Assembly: GCA_051652765.1 (NCBI GenBank)
Contig: JBOFUV010000030.1
Location: 1-28,646, forward strand
Length of the DNA stretch: 28,646 bases
Source: Microcoleaceae cyanobacterium
Lineage (GTDB): Bacteria; Cyanobacteriota; Cyanobacteriia; Cyanobacteriales; Microcoleaceae
Direction of reading: 5' to 3'
Numbering within the stretch: position 1 is the first letter of the stretch; every line of letters starts with the position of its first letter. A program made the position numbers and the translations under genes. The notes under the pieces were generated by a model. That model made no database searches. It saw nothing but the letters and a program-made list of their open reading frames with translations, and was not told the origin of the DNA. Shown here piece by piece: positions 18,078 through 27,828 of the stretch.

Positions 18078-19613
18078 GTGACTACAACAATAGCAGGATC
18101 AGTATTTCAGGATCTTAATGCCAACGGTGCTGTTGATGCTGGAGAAGGGTTGCCCAACGTTACTGTTTTTCTAGACACTAACGGAAATGGCTTACCAGAA
18201 GGTTTGGAGGCAATTAGCCTAAGTGATGGTGCTGGGTTTGGAGCTTTCAGTTTCAACAACCTTCCCGCAGGCACGTACAACCTTAATATCGTTACGCCCC
18301 CTAGTTTTATCCAGTCTATTGTTCTTCCTACAGCGATTACGATTGATGGGGCTGCAGGGGGTTCTCCTGCATTATTTAATGTTCCGATTGTATCAGCCGG
18401 GATTCCTCCGATTGCTCCCCCAGTTACGTTTTTGACCGGAAACATCCAGGGTGTGGCCTTCATTGACAATGATGCTGACGGGGTCTATGACCGCAATGTC
18501 GAATCGACTATACCGGGGGTAGAAGTTGGTCTGGACTTGAATAATGATGGAATCATTAGTGTCAGTGAGCCGATCGCTGTTACTAACGAAGCTGGGTTTT
18601 ACGCAATTCAGCAGGTTTTCCCGTCTCAGTACATCAAGGAAGTCCTCAATCCAGGTGATTTTGAATCGACGACTGACAATCCCGAAGTTATCCCAGTTTC
18701 AGGTGGGTTCACAACCTTTAGTGAAGAAGGTCTAGTGATTCCTGACAGTGTGTATGGATTTGTGATTGAAGATTTGAACGGGAATGGCTTCCCTGATCCC
18801 AACGAACCTGGGATTCCTGACGTAGAGGTCTTATTGGATGACGGTTCAAGCACCACGACAGACGAAGATGGTTTTTATCTGTTTGATGGTCTGGACACAG
18901 GAATTGGTGGAGGAGACGATCCTCAGAATCCCTTTGATCAGTATGTCAATGAAAACCCCGGTGAATTTGAGGAACTGTTTGGCGGATTCACCGTTGAAGT
19001 GGTTCCTCCAACCGATGCCTTCTTGATCACTTCGCCTGTGCCTCCAACTGTTGACACTCCCGGGGTCTTCGGGGTTGGTGTTGCTCCTGGTGAAAGTAGA
19101 CAGGTTAACTTTACCTTGGCGTTTGTACCGAGCGGTGTTAACTTAGTTCCAAACTCGATTGGTGGAGTCGTTTTCGAGGACTTCAACGCGAATGGTTTCC
19201 TAGACTTTGACCCAGTCACTGGGTTTGGAGATAGTCGTCTTCCAGGCGTTGATTTGTACTTGGATCTCGACTTTGACGGGGAACAAGGAGATGATGAGCC
19301 TGCAACATCTACTGATTCCTCCGGTAATTTTGTATTCTTCAATGTTCCTCCTAGCATTGTTGATCCAATTACTGGTGTGGCCATTGATCCTTATGTTGTT
19401 CGGGCTGAAGCACCTGACGTGGCAGAGAACTTAACAACTCCAGTTCCTTCCATTACCCTGATTAATGGTCAAGCCGCTTCATTGGCAGTTGGGTTCTCTG
19501 ACCTAACTCCATTCCCTCCTAGCAACCCATTTGCACAGGCTGACGGTGGCATTGATGGAGACGCATTAGTGCCTGTGTTCTCTGCTCCTGTAGCTACTCC
19601 TTTTATCGTGTAA
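18078..19613 (+). CDS. Acidic SdrD B-like repeat protein (four Ca-binding beta-sandwich modules), probable surface/extracellular protein
   Basis: Four repeats of G-x-V/A-F/I-x-D-x-N/D-x-N/D-G...E-x-x-(L/I)P-x-V-x-V-x-LD...T-D/N-x-x-G-x-Y/F. GGAGGAG RBS before GTG. Confidence 0.85.
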   Translation: MTTTIAGSVFQDLNANGAVDAGEGLPNVTVFLDTNGNGLPEGLEAISLSDGAGFGAFSFNNLPAGTYNLNIVTPPSFIQSIVLPTAITIDGAAGGSPALFNVPIVSAGIPPIAPPVTFLTGNIQGVAFIDNDADGVYDRNVESTIPGVEVGLDLNNDGIISVSEPIAVTNEAGFYAIQQVFPSQYIKEVLNPGDFESTTDNPEVIPVSGGFTTFSEEGLVIPDSVYGFVIEDLNGNGFPDPNEPGIPDVEVLLDDGSSTTTDEDGFYLFDGLDTGIGGGDDPQNPFDQYVNENPGEFEELFGGFTVEVVPPTDAFLITSPVPPTVDTPGVFGVGVAPGESRQVNFTLAFVPSGVNLVPNSIGGVVFEDFNANGFLDFDPVTGFGDSRLPGVDLYLDLDFDGEQGDDEPATSTDSSGNFVFFNVPPSIVDPITGVAIDPYVVRAEAPDVAENLTTPVPSITLINGQAASLAVGFSDLTPFPPSNPFAQADGGIDGDALVPVFSAPVATPFIV

Positions 19614-19626
19614 GCTAGCTGCTTTT

Positions 19627-19660
19627 ATTAGGTCTGTTTACGGTAAACGGACTAATTTTC
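19627..19660 (+). terminator. Putative intrinsic terminator
   Basis: ATTAG-G-TCTGTTTA cgg TAAACGGACTAAT followed by a T run. Confidence 0.6.
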
Positions 19661-19858
19661 TAGATCACCATAAGCTGGGTTCAACTTTAATTGTTGCCTA
19701 GTTAATGGTGATTTTTTTTGAATTGTGAAATTTGCGAGTTAATTTGCTGTGGATTGGTTTTTCATTTTGTATTGAACGACTCAGAATTAAACGTGAGAGA
19801 CTACTATATCTTGTAGAGTGGGTTTAAAGTATTGATTACTTATTGAGAATTTTGCTCT

Positions 19859-21127
19859 TTGTCTTCACAATTGTCTAATTTTGAATTTCCTGCAAATATT
19901 CTGCGCTTAAGCAATGGCCTAACCGTCATTCATCAGGAGGTTCTAGCTACTCCAGTTGTTGTCGCTGATGTGTGGGTCAGAGCTGGGTCTGTTGTAGAAC
20001 CTGACCCTTGGTCAGGCATGGCCCACTTTCTAGAACACATGATTTTTAAGGGCACTGATCGGGTTGCACCTGGGGTGTTTGATCAACTAATTGAGTCTCA
20101 GGGCGGCATCACTAATGCAGCCACAAGCCATGATTACGCCCATTTTTACATTACGACGACTCTCCAGCACATAGAGAGTGCATTGTCCTTGCTGAGCGAA
20201 ATCCTACTCAACGCCAAAGTCCCAGAGGACGAGTTTCAGCGAGAACGAGAAGTGGTTTTGGAGGAGATACATCAGGCTCAGGATAACCCCGATTGGATTG
20301 AGTTTAAAACTCTAATGGAAACAATCTATGGGCCTCATCATCCCTATGGTCGCCCTGTCCTTGGAACAGAAGATAAATTGAAGCATCAGTCGCCCCAAGA
20401 CATGCGCTGCTTTCACCGCTGTCACTATCAGCCGCAAAATATGGCTGTTGTGATTGTTGGCGGGGTTGGATGCCAGCAAGCCTTGAAGCTTGTTGAACAG
20501 TCCTTTACCGTCTTTCCATCTTCGGAGCAATGTCCTTCCTTTTCTCGGGTTACCCAGCTCCAACCCAAAGGAATCCGCCGTCAACATCTGACTTTACCAA
20601 CGGTAGAACAAACTCGCCTAACAATGGCTTGGATTGGCCCTGGAGTTGAGCAAATCCAGGATGCCTACGGTTTAGATGTGCTGTCTGCAGTATTGGCGGA
20701 AGGAAAAACATCCCGCTTGGTTCGAGTTTTACGAGAAGAAATGCAGCTTGTCTATGACCTATCCAGTCATTTTTCCCTTCAGCAAAAGTCAAGCATTTTA
20801 ACTCTGAGTGCCTATTTAGACTCACAAAACTTGGAAAAAGTTGAAGCACTCATTTGCGAGCATATTAGTGAACTACAGGATCACCCTGTCTCCGAGGTTG
20901 AACTAGCCCGCAGTCAACGGTTACTCTGTAATGATTATGCGTTCTCCACAGAAACTCCAACTCAACTTGCCGGGTTGTATGGGTACTACTTCACGATTGC
21001 TCAGCCGGAGGTGGCAATCACCTATCCTCAGCGAATTCAGGCCCTTCAGCCTAGTGAGTTAAAGAGCTTGGCTCAACAGTATCTCAAGTTAGATGACTAT
21101 GCCGTTGCAATCGTGAGCCCAAGTTAG
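19859..21127 (+). CDS. M16 family zinc peptidase
   Basis: Inverted zincin HFLEH motif, NAATSHD, EREVVLEE, HPYGRPVLG. Confidence 0.95.
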   Translation: MSSQLSNFEFPANILRLSNGLTVIHQEVLATPVVVADVWVRAGSVVEPDPWSGMAHFLEHMIFKGTDRVAPGVFDQLIESQGGITNAATSHDYAHFYITTTLQHIESALSLLSEILLNAKVPEDEFQREREVVLEEIHQAQDNPDWIEFKTLMETIYGPHHPYGRPVLGTEDKLKHQSPQDMRCFHRCHYQPQNMAVVIVGGVGCQQALKLVEQSFTVFPSSEQCPSFSRVTQLQPKGIRRQHLTLPTVEQTRLTMAWIGPGVEQIQDAYGLDVLSAVLAEGKTSRLVRVLREEMQLVYDLSSHFSLQQKSSILTLSAYLDSQNLEKVEALICEHISELQDHPVSEVELARSQRLLCNDYAFSTETPTQLAGLYGYYFTIAQPEVAITYPQRIQALQPSELKSLAQQYLKLDDYAVAIVSPS

Positions 21128-21693
21128 GACTAAAGGTGACTTTTAAAGGATGTGTAAAGTCTATAAAACTTGAGTCAACTTTCCTGCAAGTTTTTCGTAG
21201 CACAGAGTATTAGCTTAAAAACCGCCACAAATTCTCTAATTTGAGCCTCAAAAACCCAGGAACTTTACATAACTCAAACAAACTTTTAAAAACTTTACGT
21301 AAATATATACAGATCCCCTGAATCAAGATAAAATAGTAGTAATTCGATTAAATTATTCTTTTCAAGTTCAAAGCTGCCATTTAAGATCACTTGTTTTAGG
21401 CCATCTGTTTTAAACCGCCCAGTTAAAATCTCAAAAAGTACAAATTTCAAGCTACAGCTTTATAACTTCTGGTTCAAGGCTGCTTATCACATCTTCAGAA
21501 AATTCAGTGCAATATTAACTGAATTTTTTGATGAATCCTAGAGTTTAGATGACCTGTAGGTTGCATTTTGACTCAGATCAATAATTCGCTTGATTAACAG
21601 GCGAACTGACTTCTTTTAACTTTTCAAATCTGACATTTTCCAAGTTTAGTCCCTTTTTAAAAACGATCTATAGAATGCGAGAGGTAATTTACA

Positions 21694-21876
21694 ATGATAC
21701 CCCAGTTTTTATGCCCCTGTTGCTCAGATTCGCTCCTGATTCATTTTAGCCATCATAGAAAAGTCGGATTTTGTATGAAATGTCATCAAGAGATGCCTTT
21801 GCTAGAAAATTATGGCTTAGCTGATTTGAGAACTTTTTCTCACAGGGCCAAAAGCAAGACGTTGGTTACCTCCTAA
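21694..21876 (+). CDS. Small putative zinc-ribbon protein
   Basis: CPCCSDSLL-x-H...FCMKCHQEMP (two CxxC pairs); GAGG RBS. Confidence 0.65.
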   Translation: MIPQFLCPCCSDSLLIHFSHHRKVGFCMKCHQEMPLLENYGLADLRTFSHRAKSKTLVTS

Positions 21877-24291
21877 GCCGTACAGCCAAACCATCACAAC
21901 AATCCAATGAATTAGGGTCACAGTCCAAAGGGAGGGAGACAGAATGTAAGCAATGGCGCAGGTCACGCCAAGTAAAGCGACTAGGGTCAGAAAAGTTGGG
22001 TCAAAAAAGGTTGGCTTTCCGGCTGGGTAATGAGTTAGTGCCATGACTGGGTGATAAATCACGAACAGCAATACACTAATACCTACCCACAAGACCCACG
22101 TCAAGAGCGAGACTCGCTCTGAGGGATGAGGGACTATGAATACCCGAAATATCAACTCTTCCAACAGGGCAGGGGCAAATAAAGCTCTGACTGCCCCCCA
22201 AAATAGTTCAGACCAATGGTCAAATCCCCGTTTTGCCTCAATGAATCCAGTCAATAGCCCGACTGGGACGGCGATCGCTCCGTAAAGTACAAGTAGGCTA
22301 AAAGCGACAACAACGTCTTTCCATTGCATCGGAATGCTAGCTAAGATTAAGCGATTGAGAAAAGTTGGGACAATCGGCCATTGTCCCATCACACCTGTTG
22401 GGGCCACAGGCATGATTCCCGGATCTTCTCCGCCCACCTGATTAGTCCGAATGAACCACAATTGTGCGCCATGGTCTAACAAAATACTGCTGACTTCATC
22501 ATGGCTATTACGAGGCAGCATTGACTGCCAACTGAGCAATGCATTGGCCAGGGTGTTTTCCAGAACAAAGCCATTGCGATTATTAATTCCAGCCATAAAT
22601 TCCGCATTTTCTTTCCAGTCTGAGCGAACTACTCCACGCGGAGCCAACTTAGCAGTTATATCCTGCCCCAAAGCAGCGAGTTCTTGAAAACGCAAAGTCT
22701 GCGGATCGTTAGGATGGGTCTTGAGCCAGTCCTGAATTGCTGGAGTTGAAGAGAACTTTTGCTTAATCCGCTCGATCGTAATGTAGAGCGCTTGATTAGC
22801 ATCCTGAACACAGGAAACTGCCGGGGTTACTAGTGAAACCCCTGTACCGTCTCCGGTGCGATATCGGGCGGTCATAATTTGTAATTCGGTCAAAAGTTCC
22901 TGCATCGGAGAAAGCACAATGCCGTCAAAGTCATAATCCTGAGTTAAAGCATCTAGCTTGACTACAACATCAGACACTGGGCGAGTTCCAAGCCATCCCC
23001 GTTGCAAGTTGCCCATGTAATTTGCCCAGGTATGGCTTCCTGCCAGAATTCCGTTGGGATTCTGAGCATACACCTGCTCATATAACGGATTGAACTTGAG
23101 TTCGTTTGTGAATGGATCGCGCACCACTTGAGTGACACCGTAAGCAAAGTGTCCGGTCACCGTTCCAAACGGGGCAGGTTCTCCGTTCTCGCCCCCAATC
23201 CCCCCAAACAGATGAATCAGAAGAGCATAGTCTCCCTCCTGCCAATCTGCGATCGCTGCTGCTGCTGTCGTTGCAGAGGGATCAATTAGGACGCTTTGGG
23301 CAGTCCCTTTACGGTCTTTGGTTCTATACCAGTTTTGCGTCTTGATATAGTCCAGACCCGATCGTCGGCCTAAAACAATCAGCTCGGGTTTCAACTGGAA
23401 GGGCCGACGAGGTTGAATGGCTTGTACAGTAAACACACCATTTTGATTTTGAGCACCGTAGAGATACCAGCCTGCTTTGCCTTCGGGGGAATCCTCAATG
23501 TAACGAGGCGTAGAAGAGAACAATCCTTTGGGGCCAGGGGGCTGCTGCGGAATATAGATTGTTCCTTGGGGGCCATCAAACTGTTGGGACTCGCGGTTAT
23601 AATGGCGAGCCTTAAAGAAGTTTCCTGGACAAGGCGGCTCACCTGGACAAACCGGAACGTAGGGGTCTTGATCGGCTGTAGATTTCAGGATCTCAAATAG
23701 TCCCACATATCGACCAGTGACTTGAGTCGGCTCTCGCTCAATTTGTAATGTGGGCAACCCATCAGCCCCTGTTACCACCTGAACTTGATCTAAACGAACG
23801 ATCACACTATCACTAGGTCTGCCACCTGCAAGGGATTGCAGCGGGCCAACTTGGGATCGACCATTCAGACGAGTGGGCAATACGTTGCCCTGAGCTTGAC
23901 TTTTTTCTGCGGTTTCAGTGAAGTTGACATCTGTCGTCACCTTGTTCACATAGGTTTGTAGGTTAGGGGTTTGTTTCCAGGTCAAGCGGATTTTCTGCCC
24001 CACCAAATTTTGGTTTGCGGTAACTGCTGCATGTACTTCAATCCAACACCAATCAGCGGCGAGATTGGCTTGCTGAAGCTCCTCGATCGTGGGTAGGATC
24101 AATCGTCCGACCCAGTCTCCCGTCGGATAATAGAGTTGCGGAGAAACAGTTTGCTCAATTGGAAAGTAACTCGATTGGTTAAAGGGAACCTGACTAGTAA
24201 TGGAGTACTGGGACTGCTGAGGTATCGACTGAGCTAGAGTGATGCTTGAAAATAGCAGTAAGGCGATCGCCCCAAGTATAAATCGCTGCAT
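21817..24291 (-). CDS. Large protein with a C-terminal CPBP (CAAX protease/Abi) intramembrane metalloprotease domain
   Basis: EELIFR, FVIYH and HW motifs in C-terminal TM helices; N-terminal signal-like MQRFILGAIALLL. ORF is open to ATG 24378. Confidence 0.85.
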   Translation of the reverse strand: MQRFILGAIALLLFSSITLAQSIPQQSQYSITSQVPFNQSSYFPIEQTVSPQLYYPTGDWVGRLILPTIEELQQANLAADWCWIEVHAAVTANQNLVGQKIRLTWKQTPNLQTYVNKVTTDVNFTETAEKSQAQGNVLPTRLNGRSQVGPLQSLAGGRPSDSVIVRLDQVQVVTGADGLPTLQIEREPTQVTGRYVGLFEILKSTADQDPYVPVCPGEPPCPGNFFKARHYNRESQQFDGPQGTIYIPQQPPGPKGLFSSTPRYIEDSPEGKAGWYLYGAQNQNGVFTVQAIQPRRPFQLKPELIVLGRRSGLDYIKTQNWYRTKDRKGTAQSVLIDPSATTAAAAIADWQEGDYALLIHLFGGIGGENGEPAPFGTVTGHFAYGVTQVVRDPFTNELKFNPLYEQVYAQNPNGILAGSHTWANYMGNLQRGWLGTRPVSDVVVKLDALTQDYDFDGIVLSPMQELLTELQIMTARYRTGDGTGVSLVTPAVSCVQDANQALYITIERIKQKFSSTPAIQDWLKTHPNDPQTLRFQELAALGQDITAKLAPRGVVRSDWKENAEFMAGINNRNGFVLENTLANALLSWQSMLPRNSHDEVSSILLDHGAQLWFIRTNQVGGEDPGIMPVAPTGVMGQWPIVPTFLNRLILASIPMQWKDVVVAFSLLVLYGAIAVPVGLLTGFIEAKRGFDHWSELFWGAVRALFAPALLEELIFRVFIVPHPSERVSLLTWVLWVGISVLLFVIYHPVMALTHYPAGKPTFFDPTFLTLVALLGVTCAIAYILSPSLWTVTLIHWIVVMVWLYGLGGNQRLAFGPVRKSSQIS

Positions 24292-24298
24292 AAACCGA

Positions 24299-24334
24299 CG
24301 TTGGGACAATCGTTGGGACAATCGTTGAGACAAT
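24299..24334. repeat. 3 x 12 bp tandem repeat (CGTTGGGACAAT)
   Basis: CGTTGGGACAAT CGTTGGGACAAT CGTTGAGACAAT; gives LSQR x3 if the upstream ATG is used. Confidence 0.9.
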
Positions 24335-25003
24335 TTCAAGGGGCCTAAGCAGAGGTGCGATCGCAGATACTCAATCATGACTCCAGGAATACTCCAAACA
24401 TTAAAGTCTTTAAAATTGAAGCCTTGTTCAGCTCCAGAATTATACTAGATCGAGACTCTTCAGCCTAAATGCACGGAGATTCTTCAAAAATTCAAGCAGA
24501 TCTGAAAAGGTGACCTTCCCTGATACACTTTGTTTCACTTTAAAATTGAGGATAAACACTTACCTCTATCTAGTTTTAACAGGGAAGTGAAATGTCGGAA
24601 GTTAAACTTAGAGAAAAACTTTCCATCACTCTAGCCTTTGTTGGAAAACCAGTTCAGGCTTTGGCTATTTTTCTGGCCTCCTCAAATCTTAAGATTTCTC
24701 AACTGAATTTGCAGAGCTTCTTTATCAGGTGATTTAAAAGTTTTTATAAGTCTGGATATTTAGTTCCAGAATACTTTTACAGGTGCTATGATGCTAAAAT
24801 CCAGTTTGAAAAAGTTTGGGTTATCCGTTTCAAGAACTGAAATTTGGTCAACTCCTGACTTAAGCAATCAAGCTGTGTTGAATTTTTTTGCAAACTCTTC
24901 TGAGTTCAGCTAGAGTTGACCCCTAGGGTTTAATTCGTGCTAGAGCAACCATTAGTCAAATCCCAAAAATAACCTGAAATAACTTGAGGAGATTGAGTGA
25001 ATT

Positions 25004-25300
25004 ATGAACAAAGAACAACTCGTTCAAGAAACTGCTTACAAAGCCGGAGTCACAAAAAAGCAAGCTGATGCAATTATTTCAGCAATTTGCGAGTGCATCA
25101 TGGAAGCTGTTTCTGGCGGTGATAAAGTTACTCTCGTTGGTTTTGGCTCTTTTGAGGCTAGACATCGTAAAGAGCGGGAAGGACGGAATCCAAGCACAAG
25201 GGAACCCATGACAATTCCAGCAACAACCGTTCCAGCCTTTTCAGCGGGTAAAGCGTTCAAAGAGATGGTTGCCAAAGACACTGATGAAGATGCTGCCTAG
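25004..25300 (+). CDS. hup: DNA-binding protein HU
   Basis: MNKEQLV...VTLVGFGSFE-x-R-x-RKEREGRNP...PAFSAGK. Confidence 0.96.
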   Translation: MNKEQLVQETAYKAGVTKKQADAIISAICECIMEAVSGGDKVTLVGFGSFEARHRKEREGRNPSTREPMTIPATTVPAFSAGKAFKEMVAKDTDEDAA

Positions 25301-25380
25301 TCAAGCCACTGAGTGAGACAGTTGAGTGAGAGAGTAAAGCATTGGTCTAGCCTGCCAAAGTCTAAAATCTCAGTCACATA

Positions 25381-25411
25381 AAAAATCAGCAACCTCAAAT
25401 GAGTTGCTGAT
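25381..25411. terminator. Hairpin between convergent hup and TPM genes
   Basis: ATCAGCAAC-C-TC aaat GAGTTGCTGAT with an A run on the left (T run on the minus strand). Confidence 0.6.
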
Positions 25412-25540
25412 ATCAACGATAGATAGATTTTCAGGAGAGGAAATTCAATTTTTGACCTTTCTGTGATTTCTTCCTCTCCTCACTTTGTCTGCCTGGTCTC
25501 TTCTTACTCCAACTCTATACTTCGCGTTTGAGTGAATACC

Positions 25541-26344
25541 TCAAGTCTCAGATGCTGAAGATTGACTAAACATAGGAGCAAGATAGGCTGCTAGGGCACA
25601 AATTAGAAAGGCCGCAATGTTTCGGGTCAAAGGCACCCAGTCGGTAGTGCGAGAAATTACTGGCCCTATGCCAAAGGCAATAAACAAAATGCCCCAAAGG
25701 GGTGAAAAGATTAAGGCCCACTGCCAAGCCACTAACTGCCCAGACTTCCTGGGAACTGCAGCAACTCCGCAGATCAATCCTCCCAGGGCAGAAGTAATCA
25801 GCGTCAAAATCCACTGCTCTCGAGGCAAGCCTGGAACAACACGACATCCACCCTGTAGAAGACAAAACTTAACCGCATTCAGTGACTGAATGATGGACTG
25901 ATCTTCTCCATTGTCTCGGACAAAGAACTGGTTTCCATAGCGAGTCTGCAACTCAACCCAGAACGTACGGGAAAGCAGTGCATAAAGTTCTCGACCCACA
26001 TTAAAGTTTAAAATATTTCCCCCTCGCTGATCGGCCACCAAGAGCACACTCTTGTTATTCAAGTCCCAATAATCTTTGACTGCTCGTCCAGGAGTTTGAT
26101 CAAACTGAGTTAGAACCCTCAACCGCCAACCGGTTTCCTGTTCAAACGCTTCTAACTCTTGGGAAAGTGCATGTTCCTGAGTGCCAGTCAAGATTTCAGC
26201 GAGGTCAACCACAGCAGTTTGAACCTCTGGGAGCAGTTCTGGGTTGTCAAAAGCATAGGCATTCGGGGCAATCGCCCAGCTTAACAATCCAAAGCTGACT
26301 GCAACGATAGATACACAGAATCGACGGAACCATTCTCGCTTCAT
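25541..26344 (-). CDS. TPM domain-containing protein
   Basis: Signal peptide, DNPELLP...VVDLA...ETGWRLRVLTQ...CRVVPGLPREQW, C-terminal TM helices. Confidence 0.85.
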   Translation of the reverse strand: MKREWFRRFCVSIVAVSFGLLSWAIAPNAYAFDNPELLPEVQTAVVDLAEILTGTQEHALSQELEAFEQETGWRLRVLTQFDQTPGRAVKDYWDLNNKSVLLVADQRGGNILNFNVGRELYALLSRTFWVELQTRYGNQFFVRDNGEDQSIIQSLNAVKFCLLQGGCRVVPGLPREQWILTLITSALGGLICGVAAVPRKSGQLVAWQWALIFSPLWGILFIAFGIGPVISRTTDWVPLTRNIAAFLICALAAYLAPMFSQSSASET

Positions 26345-26583
26345 AGGACAAACTCTAACTGCCTTAAGATTGTGCACAACTAAATCAGGTTGTTAACCAA
26401 CAGATCATCAAAAAATCATATTTCTTTACCTTTCTTAACTTTAGCACAGGATTCTTCTCAGCTTTTTGCGATCTGGAAAGTATTAAAGCTAGTAACAATT
26501 TGTCGCGATCACCCTACCCCCTAAATTCATCTCATCAGTCAAAATAGTAGAGGTGAACTATGTATATTAGCAAAGGAGTTGCA

Positions 26584-27306
26584 ATGGCAAACACCAGTAA
26601 CTTCCGTCAAGCCATGAAGGAAGCCAAAACCAAAGCATTGGTTGGCCCGAACGTCATTGCTAATGCTCTTCCTTTTGTCGGGGGAGGATTAATGCTGACG
26701 GCAGTGGGCACTTTCGGTGGCCTCAAAGTTTTAGAAACGAATCCCAGTATCTTTTTCCCCACCTTCATTGGGGCAATGATCTTACAAGTTGTGCTATTTT
26801 TCGTAGCTCAAGGGATTGCTACAAAAGGCAACAACAGCACCGCTCTTCCTCTGTTGGCGACCTACAGCCTGCTTACAGGGTATACCCTGAGTGGGCTAGT
26901 CAGTAACGTTCTGAATACCTCAGTTGGTCTGCGAGGCATTGGCTTTGCTGCCTTGGGATGTGGGGTCACATTTGTACTGGCCCGTCAGATTGGCTCCAAC
27001 CTATCCGATGAAGATGGAATGGCACTGACCCGCACCGTGCAATTGGGAATTATTGCCCTGTTCGTTGTGATTTTGGGCCAATTTGTCTTTGCATTGTTCG
27101 GTGGAACGACCCCAAATTTCTTGGAGATTGCGATCTCTGGTGTGGGAGTATTTCTATTCGCAGGTTCGGCAGTCGTGGACTTTTACATTCTGCCCCGCGT
27201 CTATCGAGACGATCAATACCTTTCTGCCGCCCTATCAATGTATTTGACATACATTAACCTGTTTATCTTTATTCTGCGGTTGTTAAGTGCTTTAAATCGG
27301 GATTAG
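26584..27306 (+). CDS. Bax inhibitor-1/YccA family membrane protein
   Basis: About seven TM helices, C-terminal AALSMYLTYINLFIFILRLL; AAGGAG RBS before ATG 26584. Confidence 0.92.
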   Translation: MANTSNFRQAMKEAKTKALVGPNVIANALPFVGGGLMLTAVGTFGGLKVLETNPSIFFPTFIGAMILQVVLFFVAQGIATKGNNSTALPLLATYSLLTGYTLSGLVSNVLNTSVGLRGIGFAALGCGVTFVLARQIGSNLSDEDGMALTRTVQLGIIALFVVILGQFVFALFGGTTPNFLEIAISGVGVFLFAGSAVVDFYILPRVYRDDQYLSAALSMYLTYINLFIFILRLLSALNRD

Positions 27307-27402
27307 TTGGGTCGAGATGGCTGATCTAACTTCAGCCTGAAGCTTCAGATTGAAAGTGAGATCTTAAATCTCTTGTTCGTTAAAGTATTGAAGAAATTCC
27401 AG

Positions 27403-27428
27403 ACGCACAGCATGACTGTGCGTTTTTT
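27403..27428 (+). terminator. Intrinsic terminator
   Basis: ACGCACAG catga CTGTGCGT TTTTT. Confidence 0.75.
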
Positions 27429-27828
27429 GTGGCAACCCTGGGAATTACGGATCTATCTTGTTCAAATGCTAAAAGCAAAATTCAGTAGGATTTCCGAGGT
27501 GCTGCCTACGGTTTAAACGTTATTAATAGAACAGGACTCAAAAGGTAATCTAGATTTAATTCAGATTAATTCAGATGTCTTTGTACTCCTGTGGTAGATC
27601 GGTGATTGAACATGGGCTTGGTACTTGACCTAGGTGGCTGGGAAACGTACTAGCCCATTTTTTATGCTGATTGACTTTTGCGGTTAGGTGCCCGACCTAA
27701 CGCTGATGACTCAAGTCAGATTACTATATTTACTCATAATTTACTCATCAGGTTCTGTCTGGTTGTCCCGCTTAATTTGAGTAAAAATGATATAAGGTTA
27801 ATAAGACAGTCTTTCTCCAGGCAAAATT

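Noticed and set aside
27683..27701. Isolated integron core sites GTTAGGT/ACCTAAC
   Set aside because: No attC arm follows; more simply a small hairpin.
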